Shown here piece after piece: positions 13,518 to 27,151 of a stretch of 64,000 bases of DNA. Under the pieces are notes generated by a model. The model searched no databases and was not told the origin of the DNA. It saw only the letters and a list, made by a program, of their open reading frames with translations. The position numbers and the translations under genes were made by a program. Every line of letters begins with the position of its first letter. Positions within the stretch are counted from its first letter, which is position 1. The stretch is from Octopus vulgaris (taxonomy: Eukaryota), in the NCBI GenBank assembly GCA_951406725.2, contig OX597816.1, positions 72,044,001 to 72,108,000 of the forward strand. Reading direction: 5' to 3'.

Positions 13518-15809
13518 AGGAAATTGGTGTAAGCAAATGTATATGAAATAACATTTAAATTACAGTGTCACCTGTGCCATCATTGGAAGGAATTTTAATG
13601 GCCGAAGACATTCAGTATGCGTTAATATAAAGCCCAGTAACCATAGAGAGAGTGATGTACTCTTAGCCATGAATCTCTATAGTCAACCATTATAGCTATG
13701 TGTCTAACTGAGATTTAACCAAAATATTTTTTTGATTTTTAATGCAATCAAAAGTAAGTTTTGTTTGAATTTTCTGCTTTTTACAGAGTGAACAGTTACT
13801 GGATCTGAAGACTGAACTAACCATAATCCTTTCTCACACACATTTTGCATTTTCTTGCTTTTGCAGTCATATACTCTCTAACAAACACTATGGCACTTAC
13901 ATGCATTCTCAGAAACACACACACTAACAAAAAAAAAAGTCAGTTTTTTTTTTTTTACTTTACAATTATTATAAAGTCACTCTTTCTTAGTTAGACAATA
14001 CAATGCTTTTATACAAAATAAATGTACAGACTTTCCCGCACATACATGCATTGTATTACACATTCACACAAATACATACATAACGTATTTTCTCATGCGT
14101 GCACCTAAACACATGCAGTTTTTATATGCTTATATATATAAAGTGTGTGAAAACTTACTGTTCAACCACCAAGGTTAGTATTGATTTCAATTAATGAATT
14201 ACAAAGGACCAAAAATAAAAATCAAGATGTTAAACTAATTAGTGTTTTTTTTTTTAATATTTAAATAGATATAACCCCACCCTCACTCTCTATACCCACT
14301 ACTACTACACTGGCTACCTGAGGTACCACCTGGACACCTCATCACTGCTCTAATTTATATTAATTCTCACTCTCTCTGTCCTTAATGTGAGGAGCCATGT
14401 AGCTCCTCCCAAACAAGAACCTGCTCTAGCCCAACCTTTTCCCTCTAATATTGATACACTACCCACTTCCCTCTCTGGGAATGTTGACTGCAAGTTACAT
14501 GGCAAACTCAAAAGTACCAGTGGCATGATTTAAAAAAAAAAAAAAAGCACCCAGTACATGTTGTGAAGTGGGTGGTGTTAGGGAAGGGTCTTCAGCTGTA
14601 GAAATCATGCCAAGTCAGATACTGGAGTGCAATGCAGTCCTTCAACTCATATCCTTGGGAAACCATTCAACCTATGCCAGCATGGAATAGACATTAAACA
14701 ATGAGGATGATAATATGCAAAACACACATTGTCAGATTAGTTTCAAGCTGGTTATGTTGCATAGTTCAGCAATGGATTTCCACTAATGTTTAATGCTTTA
14801 TACACAAATGTCATCGTAGGAGTGGCTGTGTGGTAAATAGCTTGCTTACCATCCACATAGTTCCGAGTTCAGTCCCACTGCGCGACACTTTGGGCAAGTG
14901 TCTTCTACTATAGCCTTGGGCCAACCAAAGTTTTGTGAGTGGATTTGGTAGCCAGAAACTGAAAGAAGCCCGTCAGATATGTGTGTGTGTGTGCATGTCT
15001 GTGTTTGACAACCGATGCTGGTGTGTTTATGTCCCCATAACTTAGCGGTTCGGCAAAAAAGACCGATAGAATAAGTACCAGGCTTACAAAGAATAAGTCC
15101 TGGGGTCTTACTAAACCACAAACAGCAACTCTGTATTGATTCAGAGATAGTTTAGAGTTGGGCTAATTTGATAATATAGCCATAACACAAAGGTACATTA
15201 AAGCTATATTACAAAGTGAGAGGGTTAATGTTATCAAACTATGTCTATGCCTTACCACTGCTTGACAAACAGCATTGTGTTTACATTCCCATAACTTAGT
15301 GCTTCAGCAAAATGAGACCAATAGAATAAGTATGAAGGCTGATTCATTCCAATGACTGAAACAAATAAAAGATAAAGATTAGGAAAAAAAAAAAATAAGA
15401 ACAAAGATAAAGATATAAATGAAATGTTTAATGAGAATTTGTGAATATCCGTATATATATATATGAAATAAATATACAGTGAAATTGAGAACATCAGCAA
15501 AACTTAAATTTCGTGAGTCTTTTTTTTTCTTTTTTTTTTCAAGGTTTTTTTTTGTTAAAAATATTTTTTAAAATCCCCAACCCCACTTAGGTTTTTTTTT
15601 TAAAAATATTATATAGCTTCATGGCTATTGTTAATGTTTTCTCAGATCAGATAAGAGATTTGTACAGATAAATTACAAGTAAAACTGTCTAAACAAAAAT
15701 GTAATAAATTAAAAAAAAAAGTTGGGGTTTTTTTTCCCCCCCCCTTGTTTTCTCACTGAAAGACATGCGTTTAATATTTTCCAGTTTTTCTTGAACCTCG
15801 TGACGGTCT

Positions 15810-17030
15810 TCAGAGTGAGGAAAAATTCAAATCGTCTGTACAGTTTGAAATACACCATTTGGTAAAGTGTGACGAGATCATTCGGTTGAGGAAAGATATC
15901 AAAAAATCATAGATTCCATGTGAGGGTTTCAAAGCCGCAGCTTTGTTGGACGTTAGAACTGGAGTTATATGAACAGAAACAGAGGTGAGGTTCATATATT
16001 CTACGTCGGGAATCACGTTCAACCGAAATATGGTTATTGGTTTTTCAGTGGAATCTTTCTCTGCGCTAATAATATGGTTGCTAATTTTTTTCTCTAGTTC
16101 AAAAGGAGTACAGTCGCCCTGGGCTATAAGTTTCTGTCGTACGTTCTTTCGATTGAACCAGATGTGGTGTTTAACAGTACAAACGAGGTCGATAAGTTCC
16201 TTTGCGTTTCCTTGTTTCCGCTTGGTGCCGATGTCGGACAACAAATCAACGCCTTCATGAACTTCTGTGATTGTGACTGCATCACTGTTGGGACCGTCGC
16301 CAAGGAGGTTAGAATCCTTTTGGCCAGTTACGGGACTGTCACTTCCTTCAGTGCTTTCAACATTCATAGCAGTTTCTGAAGAATTGGATGATGATTGATC
16401 AAGATTCTTGAGGTTTTCTTTAAGCATTTCCTCCTCCTCTTCTTCCTCCTCCTCCTTCTTCTCTTGACTCTGCTTCAAAATATCACCGAGTTTCAAAATG
16501 CCAGGAGTGACATTTGTCTCCGATTCGTTACCAGTCGATGGTCTTACATCTTTTGTTTTTTTCCTTTTCTTCTTTCCTCCTTTACTGGGAAATTCTTCGT
16601 TGCTGCATTCTTGGTTCAAAATCGAACTATCAATATCACACGTTTTAGAACATTCTATTAGAAGTAGATCACTCAATACTGTTTTCAGGAACACGCAGAA
16701 AACTTGGCACCATAAAAGCTGGTTGCATTCAGATTTTTTGGAAAATTCTGTCAGATGTTTGTTTAAACGGCAGACATTGATAGGAAAATTAAGGAGAATT
16801 GGTTGAGCAAATGACTGTCTTTCCTTAAATCTTTCTCTCCCCTTAGGGGGTGGTTCTTCAACAACAAGAATACTAGGTATGCCCCACAAATTTTTGTCAG
16901 ACTTGGGTGCGGAAAGTTGAGTTTGAGCTTTGAAAAGTCCTTTTATAAAGTCCATTTTCACTTTGTCTGTAACATTTCCCGCAGTGTTGATTACCAAAAT
17001 ATAAGGATCTTGAACACAAACTGAGCTCAA
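15810..17030 (-). CDS. TUT1: TUT1/Star-PAP-like terminal nucleotidyltransferase, last exon (10): nucleotide-recognition motif, basic NLS-like patch, acidic tract, probable KA1-like region
   Basis: tttcag|LSSVCVQDPYILVINTAGNV... is open for 406 codons to TGA and contains KGGKKKRKK and poly-E. The KA1 call is inferred from position in TUT1. Confidence 0.9.
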   Translation of the reverse strand: MSSVCVQDPYILVINTAGNVTDKVKMDFIKGLFKAQTQLSAPKSDKNLWGIPSILVVEEPPPKGRERFKERQSFAQPILLNFPINVCRLNKHLTEFSKKSECNQLLWCQVFCVFLKTVLSDLLLIECSKTCDIDSSILNQECSNEEFPSKGGKKKRKKTKDVRPSTGNESETNVTPGILKLGDILKQSQEKKEEEEEEEEEMLKENLKNLDQSSSNSSETAMNVESTEGSDSPVTGQKDSNLLGDGPNSDAVTITEVHEGVDLLSDIGTKRKQGNAKELIDLVCTVKHHIWFNRKNVRQKLIAQGDCTPFELEKKISNHIISAEKDSTEKPITIFRLNVIPDVEYMNLTSVSVHITPVLTSNKAAALKPSHGIYDFLISFLNRMISSHFTKWCISNCTDDLNFSSL

Positions 17031-18099
17031 CTGAAAAGACAGACAAAAAAAAAAAGATTACATTTTAGTTGACATTAATTTTTTCTTGTGTGTTTTCTGA
17101 CTATTTTGTTTTTCATACATGTTACATCAATTGTTTTTAGACCTAGAGAGTTTACTTTACATATAATGTATTTGAAGGCACAGATATAGCTATGTTCTTC
17201 TTAAGTTTGCTTCTCAACCACAAAGGCTTCAGGTTCAGTCCTGCTGCCTGGCACCTCGGACAAGTGTCTTCTACTATAGCACTGGGCCAACCAAAGCCTT
17301 GTGAGTGGATTTGGTTGACGGAAACTGAAAGAAGCCCGTCGTATATATATGTATGTGTTTCCTTGTCTTGACACTGATTGATTGTTGTAAATGAATGTGA
17401 TTTCCAATATTCTGCATAAACATGCATGGCCATGGGGTTCAAATATAAGCTTATTTGGAAACCACCAAGTCCTAAAAACAATTTGGTGACAGGAACAGCA
17501 TCTTGCCATAAAAAAATTCATCTCAATGACCTCCATCAAACCCATGCAAACATGAAAAAGTGGATGTTAAAATGATGATATACAGCTATATAAATACACA
17601 CAAAAGGCTTCATACAGTTTCTGTCTATTAAAGTTCATTCAAAAGTCATCGGTCACCTGAAGGCTTGAAGACCAGCTAAGGACCCACACAGTGGTTGCAA
17701 AGCAGACTTTATAACTACATAGCCATGCTTCATTTATATCAGAGCTGTGGAGTCAGAAACGATTAAAGGGTAGCTAGCGTAAGTAAAACTATACCAACTG
17801 CGACTCACAATGTCTTTATTCTTTAATATAAATCAGTTATAACATATATATTTCTTTACTACCCACAAGGGGCTAAACATAGAGGGGACAAACAAAGGGA
17901 TTAAGTCGATTACATCGATCCCAGTGTGAAACTGATACTTTATTTATCAACTCCGAAAGGATGAAAGGCAGCTCGCCGCCTTATAACATATAGGCGTACT
18001 CAAAGTACAAGCTTATGCTTCATGAGATATGTAGACCACAATCACTTAATTACATAAAGAGGAGTCAGGTGCCAATAGTAGAGGACAATAGGCATAAAC

Positions 18100-19026
18100 C
18101 AGTGTGAACGGTGGTTCCAGAAATTTCGAGTCAGAAACTACATCCTAGATGAGCGCCATCCTGGAAGATCTGTAGAGCTTAACGATGATGTCCTTCAAAC
18201 CCTGGTGGAACAAAATCACATCGTAACTGTTGAGGAGCTAACAGAGAAGTTTGGATTTGGTCATTCAACCATTCATTGACACCTGCATGCCATCAGAAAG
18301 GTGAGCAAATTGGGTCAATGGGTTCCTCACAAACTTTCTGAGTCTAATCATGCACAGAGTGAATGCATGTTCTTCTTTGCTGTCACGTCTCATGAATGAA
18401 CCTTTTTTTTTTTGGACCAAATAGTGACCGGTGATGAGAAATTAGTTCTCTATAAAAATGTCAAGCAACAAAGAAACACTGGCACCCCAGGCTAAAGGTC
18501 TTCACCCACGTAAGGTGTTGTTATCTGTTTGGTGGGATACGAACGGTTTAATCCACTTTGAACTTTTAAACCCAAACCAAACAATAACAAAGCAGATCTG
18601 CAAGCAGCTTAGCGGCTTAAGTCAGCACTGGAAGAAAAATGACCATCTTTGGTTTCAAGAGGAAAGGTGTTCTTCCATCAGGATAATGCTCGGCCACATA
18701 CAGCAAGGATGACATTCAAAAGACTGGAGCAGTCTGAATGGGAAACGATGCTCCACCCACCATATTCCCTGGGCATTACCCCATCTGATTATCATTTATT
18801 CTGCAGTCTTCCAAATCATTTGGATGGAAAAAATAAGACTTCTGTAGAGGAGAACAGAACTGGAGGAGTATTTTTCATCATGGACAAGTGAATTTTGGAA
18901 GAGGAGCCTAGCAAGTCTACCAGATAGATAGAAGAGCATCATAGAAAATGAAGGTGGGTATATTTTAGATTAAAAAAGAACTTATCTTTATTTTGAAAAA
19001 TAAAGCTGTATTATTTATGGGATGAC
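18100..19026 (+). pseudogene. Mariner (DD34D-type) transposase relic
   Basis: WFQKFR, WVPHKL, IVTGDEK, HQDNARPH and HPPYSLGITPSDYHLF motifs, interrupted by frameshifts and stops. Confidence 0.92.
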
Positions 19027-19820
19027 TCATATATATATATATAACACCATTCGAGCGTGATCATTACCGTGTGGCACATGAAACATTCGAGTGAGGTCGT
19101 CACCAGTGCCGCTGGACTGGATCCTGTGTAGGTGGCACATAAAAAGCACCATTTGGGCGTGGCCATTGCCAGTATCACCAAACTTGCCCTCGTGTCGGTG
19201 GCACGTAAAAAGCACCCACTATACTCTTGGAGTGGTTGGCGTTAGGAAGGGCATCCAGCTGGATGCCCTTCCTAACGCCAACAGGAATTCAGAGTGACTG
19301 ACAAGATCAGATTGGAGTCTGGTTTGCCAGACCTCAGTCAAATCGTCCAACCCATGCTAGCATGGAAAGCAGACATTAAATGATGATGATGATATATGTA
19401 TGAGTTTGGAGGGATATATTATCTGGGTGGCTCACAGTTAAGTTCCAGTTTACAACTAACCATATCGATCAGTATTTAACATCCTTAACTACTATTAGTT
19501 GTCAGTCACTCTGAATTCCTCTGGTGGTTACTTCCGTGTTTACTTCACTGGACAGTAATATTAACTGTATTTATTAGTAATAATTATAAAGAGTATGGTT
19601 CATCTTGTCCACTATGCTGAGTGGTTGGTGTGAAGGAAGGGCATCTAGCTGTAAAAATCCTGCTAAAATGGTTATAGAAGTTTGGTGCAGGCTTCTACCT
19701 GGCCATCTCTTATAAAACCATCCCACCCATGCCAGTATGGAAGGCGAACATTAAACGATGATGATGATATATATATCTGAAGATTGAAACATTGCACAGA
19801 GCAATGGTATTGTAAAGTGT

Positions 19821-20055
19821 GGCGGCGAGCTGGCAGAAATGTTAGCACACCAGGCGAAATGCGTAGCCGTATTTCGTCTGCCACTACGTTCTGAGTTCAA
19901 ATTCCGCCAAAGTCGACTTTGCCTTTCATCCTTTCAGGGTCGATTAAATAAGTACCAGTTACGCACTGGGGGCGATATAATCGACTTAATCTGTTTGTTT
20001 GTCTGTCCTTGTTTGTCCCCTCTGTGTTTAGCCCCTTGTGGGTAGTAAAGAAATA
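19821..20055 (+). mobile_element. tRNA-derived SINE family B; other copies e.g. 23558-23779(-), 24254-24468(-), 31022-31257(-), 34944-35170(-), 47966-48380 (tandem), 52433-52822 (tandem), 60360-60567(-)
   Basis: GGCGGCGAGCTGGCAGAAACGTTAGCA...GAGTTCAAATTCC...GCCTTTCATCCTTTCGGGGTCGAT (Nin/Deu-like block)...GTAGTAAAGAAATA. Confidence 0.88.
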
Positions 20056-20234
20056 GGTATTGTAAAGTGTTGAGGAACAGATAATCTCCTTGTCCAGAAT
20101 TGCAATGAACCAGTAGTCAGAATGGAAACACACATCAAAAGGCACTGTTGTTTACTCAACAAATATGAGATAAAACAAAGGGGTAAAAAAAAAAAAACAA
20201 TGAACAGGAACAGCGGTGACAAATTACTACAAAC

Positions 20235-20365
20235 CTTAAAAGTTTTAAGCTCTGGATCATTTTCAAAGTCGGACCGTGGCAGAAGCTGGCCTGTGTGCGT
20301 TGATATCACAGTACTTTCATAGTCGATGTGTAAGTAGAAGTCAAAGAATTTATTTAATAGAGTCT
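20235..20365 (-). CDS. TUT1: TUT1-like exon 9 (PAP-associated domain)
   Basis: ttgcag|(E)TLLNKFFDFYLHIDYESTVISTHTGQLLPRSDFENDPELKTFK|gtttg; LLxxFFxFY motif. Confidence 0.92.
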
Positions 20366-21383
20366 CTGCAAACATAGAAGTTACGTGTTTAAAGACTGAC
20401 AATTGTAGGAGCAATAGGGAATGAAGAATAGTAGTTAATCGGTTTAGTCATCAATGTATATAATAATGTATATACTCCACTGATAGGCCAGTTGCTGTGA
20501 TATTTATCCCGAGGTAACATCTCATGGATGTGCTGTGTTAAAGACATAGCAAATAGACTGAGACAAAGATTTCCTTGCAGTGGCCAGCAAGAATGCCAGA
20601 TGCCTTTTGGCCATTTCATTGTGTACTTGCAGCCAGCCACATGCCTGGATGAGAATTCGTTGCCTCCAATATAGGAGGCCATAAATAAAACATTCACTGA
20701 TATCATGAACAGCCATCTGACCGATTAAAAATCAGGTATATGCACTTGAGACAGTATTAAATTAAAATAGCTATCTACGTATCATACTAAATGTAGACAA
20801 GCTATTGATATGCCAGTCGCTGCAGTATTTGTCCTGAAATAGCATCTCTCGTGGATGCACCATGTTAAAAGCAATACATCTCATCCACACGGTAAAGTGG
20901 TTGGCCTCTGGAAGGGCATCCAACCGCAAAAACCATGCCAAAAGAGACACAGAAGTATGGTGCAGGCTCCTGCTTGGCCAGTTCCTGTTAAACCATCCAA
21001 CCCATGCCAGCATGGAAAGTGAAAGTTAAATGATGATGTTTAGAGGGAGATGAAAAATCAACCCAGCAGTGGCCAGTGAAAACACCAGATACATTTTTAT
21101 TTTTTTTTTGTGTGTGTGTGTGTATAGGGGGGTTGTTCTTCAACGATGTCTTAATCTTGGTCATCTCTGACACAAGGTTTTAAGTTTTGAGAATAATGAA
21201 GAGTCAATTCTCTCAGCACCCCACTTCTTGACTGGTCGTTATTTTATCAATCCTGGAAGTATACAGAAGACAAAGTGTATCCCAGTAAGATTTGAAATCA
21301 GAATAGAAATTGATGAAATTAAATACCACCAGGTATTTTTCTCTGCTGTTCTATCGATACTGCCTTTTGCCTGGGCTTCTTAC

Positions 21384-21482
21384 CTAAATTATCTGTGTTC
21401 TTGCTTGCTGGTAAAACTTGCTCTGGAGGTCTCTTGGGGCAGGAATAGTTGCAGTCATCTACAATATTTCTTTCTTCTGGAG
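21384..21482 (-). CDS. TUT1: TUT1-like exon 8
   Basis: atatag|(T)PEERNIVDDCNYSCPKRPPEQVLPASKNTDNL+G|gtaag; phase 1-1 bridges exons 7 and 9; corresponds to the DGWDCSF...PS segment of TUT1. Confidence 0.85.
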
Positions 21483-22764
21483 CTATATAACAGATTCAGA
21501 GAAAAATGGTGAGGCAAGGAAAATTAATATAAAGTAACTACAGCAAAAAAATAACCTATCAAAGATAAGATTTTGCATGTTTGATAATCATCTTTGTTTT
21601 GACAATCGTTTCCCACCAAGGTATGGATTGATGAAACTTGTAAACGAAATAAAGTGTAAAGGAATGACCACGGGATTGCACTTAGAAAGTTACCCTCTGA
21701 GGCACAAGTCTATGCAAGGTTGTTTATGGAAGACCAGTAATCACCCATGCATACCTCTCCACACTGCTGATGTTATCCAAGGGAAAGAAAAAGGCCAATA
21801 CAGCTTGATGCCAGTAATGTTGCAACTCGAAAAAGTTTGGGAACCACTACTCTCGGGTGCAAAAGGTATTGGCTGTACTTAATTCAGCAAGATCTCTCTT
21901 CACAGTCTTAAAAACGTTACCTATATCTAAAACTATCAACTGTGGTAATGCACAATGTGTTGGGACTTAGCTCAACTTTTAACATCCCAAACAGTGACAA
22001 GGTATCACACTCACTTAAGAATACAATTATCATATGCTTTCTTTACTGTGTGCATTTATGTCGTCTTATCTGATTTGGTGTTTGCGCTTAATGTAAAAAC
22101 AGTCCAGCTATTGTGTGGTCCGTTGCGGAAGACCAGTGGAATAAAGTACCTTACTTGGAAACAAATAGGGATTGGTGACATGAAGGGAATCGAAGTGTAG
22201 GAGACTGTCTTAACAAAGCCTTATCCAACCCATGCCAGCATGGAGAAAGGAAATGCAAAATCGATGACAATGAGCTTGTGTGTGTGTGTGTGTAGGCACA
22301 GGTGTGGCCGTGTGGTTAAGAAGTTTACTTCCCATCCACAAGATTTTGGGTTCAGTCCTGCTGTGTGACGACGCTTTGGTTGAGTGTCAACCAAAGCCTT
22401 GTGAGTGGGATTTGATGAACAGAAACTGAAAGAAGCCTGTAAGAGTGCATGTTTGTGTTGTCTCTTTGCCTTGATATCATGTGCTAGTTGTAAACGAGGG
22501 TCTCTGTCACACAAGCAGTGCTATCTATTTCCAATATTCTGCAAGAATATGTCTGATCATAGGGAAATATTACCTTGCTTCAAAACAGGAGTTGAGGATT
22601 GGCAACAGGAAGGAGAACATCTGGCCACAGAAATTCTTACTTCAATAAACCCTGCCTGACTCACAGAAGCATGGGAAAATGGATTTAAAAAACACAATGA
22701 TGATTATGAGAATATATTTTGCACAGAATTTATTCTAGAAGATGTAAAGTTTCTTTTTAAAAAA

Positions 22765-23128
22765 TTAACCCTTTAGCATTCAGATTCCTTGGTCCAATTT
22801 ATTGTTTATTCACATTATTTTGAATTTATCTGGCATTATCCCGTAGCTTCAATATTGCAATGATGTGATTGTATATTTTTTTAATGACATTGTAGGGTAT
22901 GTATGAGAGGCTGGATCTGATCAGTTTGAATATAGAAGAGGCAGAATATTTTGGCCAGAGTGGTTGGCATTAGGAAGGGCATCCAGCTGTAGAAACTCTG
23001 CCAGATCAAGATTGAAGCCTGGTGCAGCCATCTGGTTCGCCAGCCCTCAGTCATTCGTCCAACCCATGCTAGCATGGAAAGCGGACGTTAAACGATGATG
23101 ATGGCCAGTTTACATGCTAAAGGGTTAA
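22765..23128. mobile_element. piggyBac-type MITE with a nested family-C SINE fragment
   Basis: TTAA|CCCTTTAGCAT...ATGCTAAAGGG|TTAA; the inner SINE is flanked by a TGGCCAG direct repeat. Confidence 0.8.
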
Positions 23129-23189
23129 TAAGACATATAAGAATAAAGACAAAAAAAAAAGAGAAAAAGTAAAAAAAGAAAGGACTTAC

Positions 23190-23413
23190 TACACAGTTCT
23201 ATAAGTTCTTTGACAGATGGTAGGACCGCAGGTTGAGTGTTTTGTAAGAAAAACAGGATAAGTAAGGTGATTGAATAGCTGGAAAAACTTGTACCACCAA
23301 TGCTCGCTAACTTCTGGTACTTAGCCCATAAACGGATAATGCACACCAAAGGGGCTACTCTCCAGTCGTATGATGAGAAGTATTTGAGGAGAACTGTATT
23401 GTGTAATCCATTC
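23190..23413 (-). CDS. TUT1: TUT1-like exon 7 (fingers domain)
   Basis: tttaag|(K)NGLHNTVLLKYFSSYDWRVAPLVCIIRLWAK...FSSYSITLLILFFLQNTQPAVLPSV..C|gtaag. Confidence 0.94.
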
Positions 23414-25987
23414 CTTAAAGAATTAAGCCAGAGGCTCATTATAATACTAGCAATAATATTAATGGTTCGTTACAGACAGTAAAAGTAATCACACGAGAGA
23501 ATCACGATAATAATTAGTAAGAACAATATCAGAGATTCATTACAGAAACAGTAATTTCTTATTTCTTTATTGCGCACAATGGGCTAAACATAGAAGGGAC
23601 AAAGTGATTAAGTCGATTATATCGACCACAGTGCGTAACTGGTACTTAATTTATCGATCCCAAAAGGTTGAAAGGCAAAAGTCGACCTCGGCAGAATTTG
23701 AACTCAGAACGTAGCAACAGATGAAATACTGCTGAGCATTTCGCCCGCTGTGCTAACGTTTCTGCCAGCTCGCCGCCTTCATTACAGAAACAGTAATTTC
23801 TATTAGAAAAAGCAATTATAGCAGAGATTCGTTATAGTCATAGTAATTATAATAATCCATTCTACTATAGGCACAAGGCCTGAAATTTTGGAGGAGGGGA
23901 CTAGTCGATTACATCAACCCCAGTGTTTCACTGGTACTTAATTTATTGACCCTGAAACAATGAAAGGCAAAGTCGACTCGGCAGAATTTGAACTCAGCAC
24001 CCATGCCTGCATTGAAGACAGATATTAAATGAGGATGGCATCCATGCATATAATGATGGACTCTCCTGCCGAAGAAGACATATGGGTGTTGAGTTTTTGC
24101 CAAATGACTTGCCCACATGATTTGTTTATAGTGTTCAAACATCTCCCTCCTTCAAATCGACATTCTCTGAACAGGTGCACAAGTCTACCATGTGTCAGGT
24201 GTTGAAGTGATCGCAGAGCAGCGTGAAATTAAGTGTTTTGCTCAAGAATATATATTTCTTTACTACCCACAAGGGGCTAAACACAGTCAGACAAAGGGAT
24301 TAAGTCGATTACATCGACCCTAGTGCGAAACTGGTACTTTATTTGTCGACCCCGAAAGGATGAAAGGCAAAGTCGACCTCGGCGGAATTTTTACTCAGAA
24401 CGTAACGACAGACGAAATACTGCTAAACAGTTCACCCGGTGCGGTAATGTTTCTGCCAGCTCGCCGCCTATAAAGAATATAATGCACCACCCAATCTAGG
24501 AATTGAAACCATGTCATGATTGTGACTGAAATACCCTTACCACTAGGCTATATGACACACAGAGTTTCTGCCATATACTCTTCTACATTCTGACTATTTA
24601 ATCGTCTGTCATCACCTTCTCTTTGCCTTTTTGATCATGCCACCCTTGACAAGGAGTGAGAATTCTCTACTCTTGTAGGATCATAAGGCAATCTCGCTTG
24701 CTTGTGTCATGATAGAATGCACTCAAGAGGTTGGTGAGTGAGTAGAAACACTACCAGTTTGTGAGGACTCGTTTTGTTCAGCTGAGTAGATATATAACAA
24801 CATGAGGTGCCACCTAAAAGCGCTCAGCACACACTGTAAGTGGTTGGCATTAGGAAGGGCATCCAGCAGTCGAAAACACACCAGAACAGACTGGAGTTTG
24901 GTGCAGTTCCCCAGCTTGCTAGCTCTGGTCAAACTGTCCAAACCATGCCAGCACGGAGATTGGATGTTAAATGATGGTGGCGATGAACCGCTCTGCTATT
25001 GGTGCCATGATAAAATGCAACCATTGTACTTGGTAGTGATTACTGTTAGGAAGGGCAACCAAAATAGAAACCATGCCAGTGTATGTAAAATGATGATGAC
25101 ATACATGCGTGTACCAGTAGATTACATGCGTGTACCAGTAGATTCCATGCAGAAACTATTCCTACAAGGCAAGTTACTTCTTCAAGGGACATAACAGGTT
25201 AAGTTGGCCTGGCTCCAATGCAGGTGGCACGTAAAAAGCACCATTTGGGTGTGGCTGTTGCCAGTACCACCAAACTGTCCCTCATGCCAGTGGCACGTAA
25301 AAGCACCCACTACACTCTTGGAGTGGTTGGCGTTAGGAAGGGCATCCAGCTGTAGAAACTCTGCCAGATCAGATTGGAGTCTGGTTCGCCAGACCTCAGT
25401 CAAATCGCCCAACCCATGCTAGAATGGAAAGCGGACGTTAAATGATGACGATGATGATCATCATCATCATTTAATGTTCAAATTTCCTGCTTCCACGGGT
25501 GAAACACTATCTTTTTGGAGGCAGATTTTCTATAGTCATATGCCCTTTCTGTTGCCAACAATCACCTGTTTCCAATCAAAGTAATATTTTCCTATGACCG
25601 GATATGTTTTTCAAAGAAGACAAGGAAAAAAGAAAAAAAACCTCACACTGCTTGTATAACAACAATTCTTCTCATTTACAACCATTGCATGATGTCAAGA
25701 AAAGATCACACACAAACACACAAGTGTGCATGTGCATGTATGTCAACCAAATCCACTCACATGGCTTTGGTCAATCCAGAACAATATCAGAAGAGATTTG
25801 TCCAAAGAGCCACACAGTGGGACTGAACTTGAAACCACAGGGTTGGGAAGCAAGCTGCTTTACCACACAGCCACAACTACACCTATATATTAAGGATTTC
25901 ATTGATTAAATTGTTTTTCAAGGCAGTGCCCCAGGAGGGCCAAAATTTAATGACAAACTCATAAAAAAAATGAATAAAATTCCTTAC

Positions 25988-26232
25988 TTGTTTTGGAGAG
26001 ATAAGTCAAAGGTGATGTTGGATTTTTTGTGAATAAATCGGACAATTGGACACTGGACACTTGGTATGGGGAAGAAATTGCCAAATGTATCCCTGAGGTG
26101 TTTACTCAATATCTTTTGAAGAAATCTAACTTGTTTATAGGCCGTTAATTGAAGAAACTCATCCATGGGAACTGCCTGGTTTTTAATAAATTTCAGACTG
26201 GCGCTAGCATCATCTGATTGTTCCTTCAAATC
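25988..26232 (-). CDS. TUT1: TUT1-like exon 6 (third catalytic Asp)
   Basis: ttatag|DLKEQ...IPSVQCPIVRFIHKKSNITFDLSLQN+AA|gtaag. Confidence 0.93.
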
Positions 26233-26922
26233 CTATAAAAAAATAAACAGAAATGAATGAATGAATGAATGTTTGTGTGTGTGTGTGTGTAAAGACAGAC
26301 AGGTAGATTTGACAGGGTATCTATAGAATAGATCAAGGCAGATCAGGTGATGCAGTATGACACAAATCAACAGATAAAACAATCAATTCAGTTAGCAAAG
26401 AATGCTTGTAATGCATCACATAGAATCTCTCAAACATTCAGGTTATACCATAATACACACACACACAGTATTAATTGATAGTAGAAGCCTGCCACATGGA
26501 ATGTTGGTACTTATCTAAATCATGGATGAGAATGCATGAAGCTACATGAGACCATGAGGGATTTTGGGAAAAATAGACATACAATGGTACCTTTGTTAAT
26601 ACACAAATAAAGAATATTTATCCACCAATGCAGTGGTGAGCAATGGTTCTCACTGTTTAATGCAAACATCTCTGTCTGTCTATCTATATGCACACACACA
26701 CACACAGAGCTTCAAAATCTTCCTTTGATGGGGACAAGATATTTCCCAAAATAAATACTGCATTAATTGGTCAAAAGTTCAAATCATAAACAAATGAGAT
26801 AAAATGAATGTCTGTGTGTCTAAAACAGTACTCTTTTGAATTTGCATACTTCAGTTTAATAACTGATCAGATAAAGGCAACTGAACAGGATCTTAGGAAA
26901 GGCTGAAAATAAAACAAGGCAC

Positions 26923-27151
26923 TTAACCCTTTCATTACCAACCTGGCTGAAACCGGCTCTGGCTCTGTAGTACAAATGTTTTGTTTTCATACGTTTTGAA
27001 TTAAAATTTTCCACTAAACATTAGTCACAAGTTATGTTCCTAACACTAGCTTAATGATAACTAAGTTATTTTACTAAATTCTTTGTTATATTAAAAATGA
27101 TTGAAAGTAACTCAGAGCATCTCAAAATAAATACAGTAACGAAAGGGTTAA
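26923..27151. mobile_element. piggyBac-type MITE (second copy)
   Basis: TTAA target duplication, CCCTTTC TIR, body matches 9826-10050. Confidence 0.85.

Noticed and set aside
15985-16806. + strand ORFs overlapping the TUT1 last exon
   Set aside because: Antisense shadow ORFs of a real coding exon.
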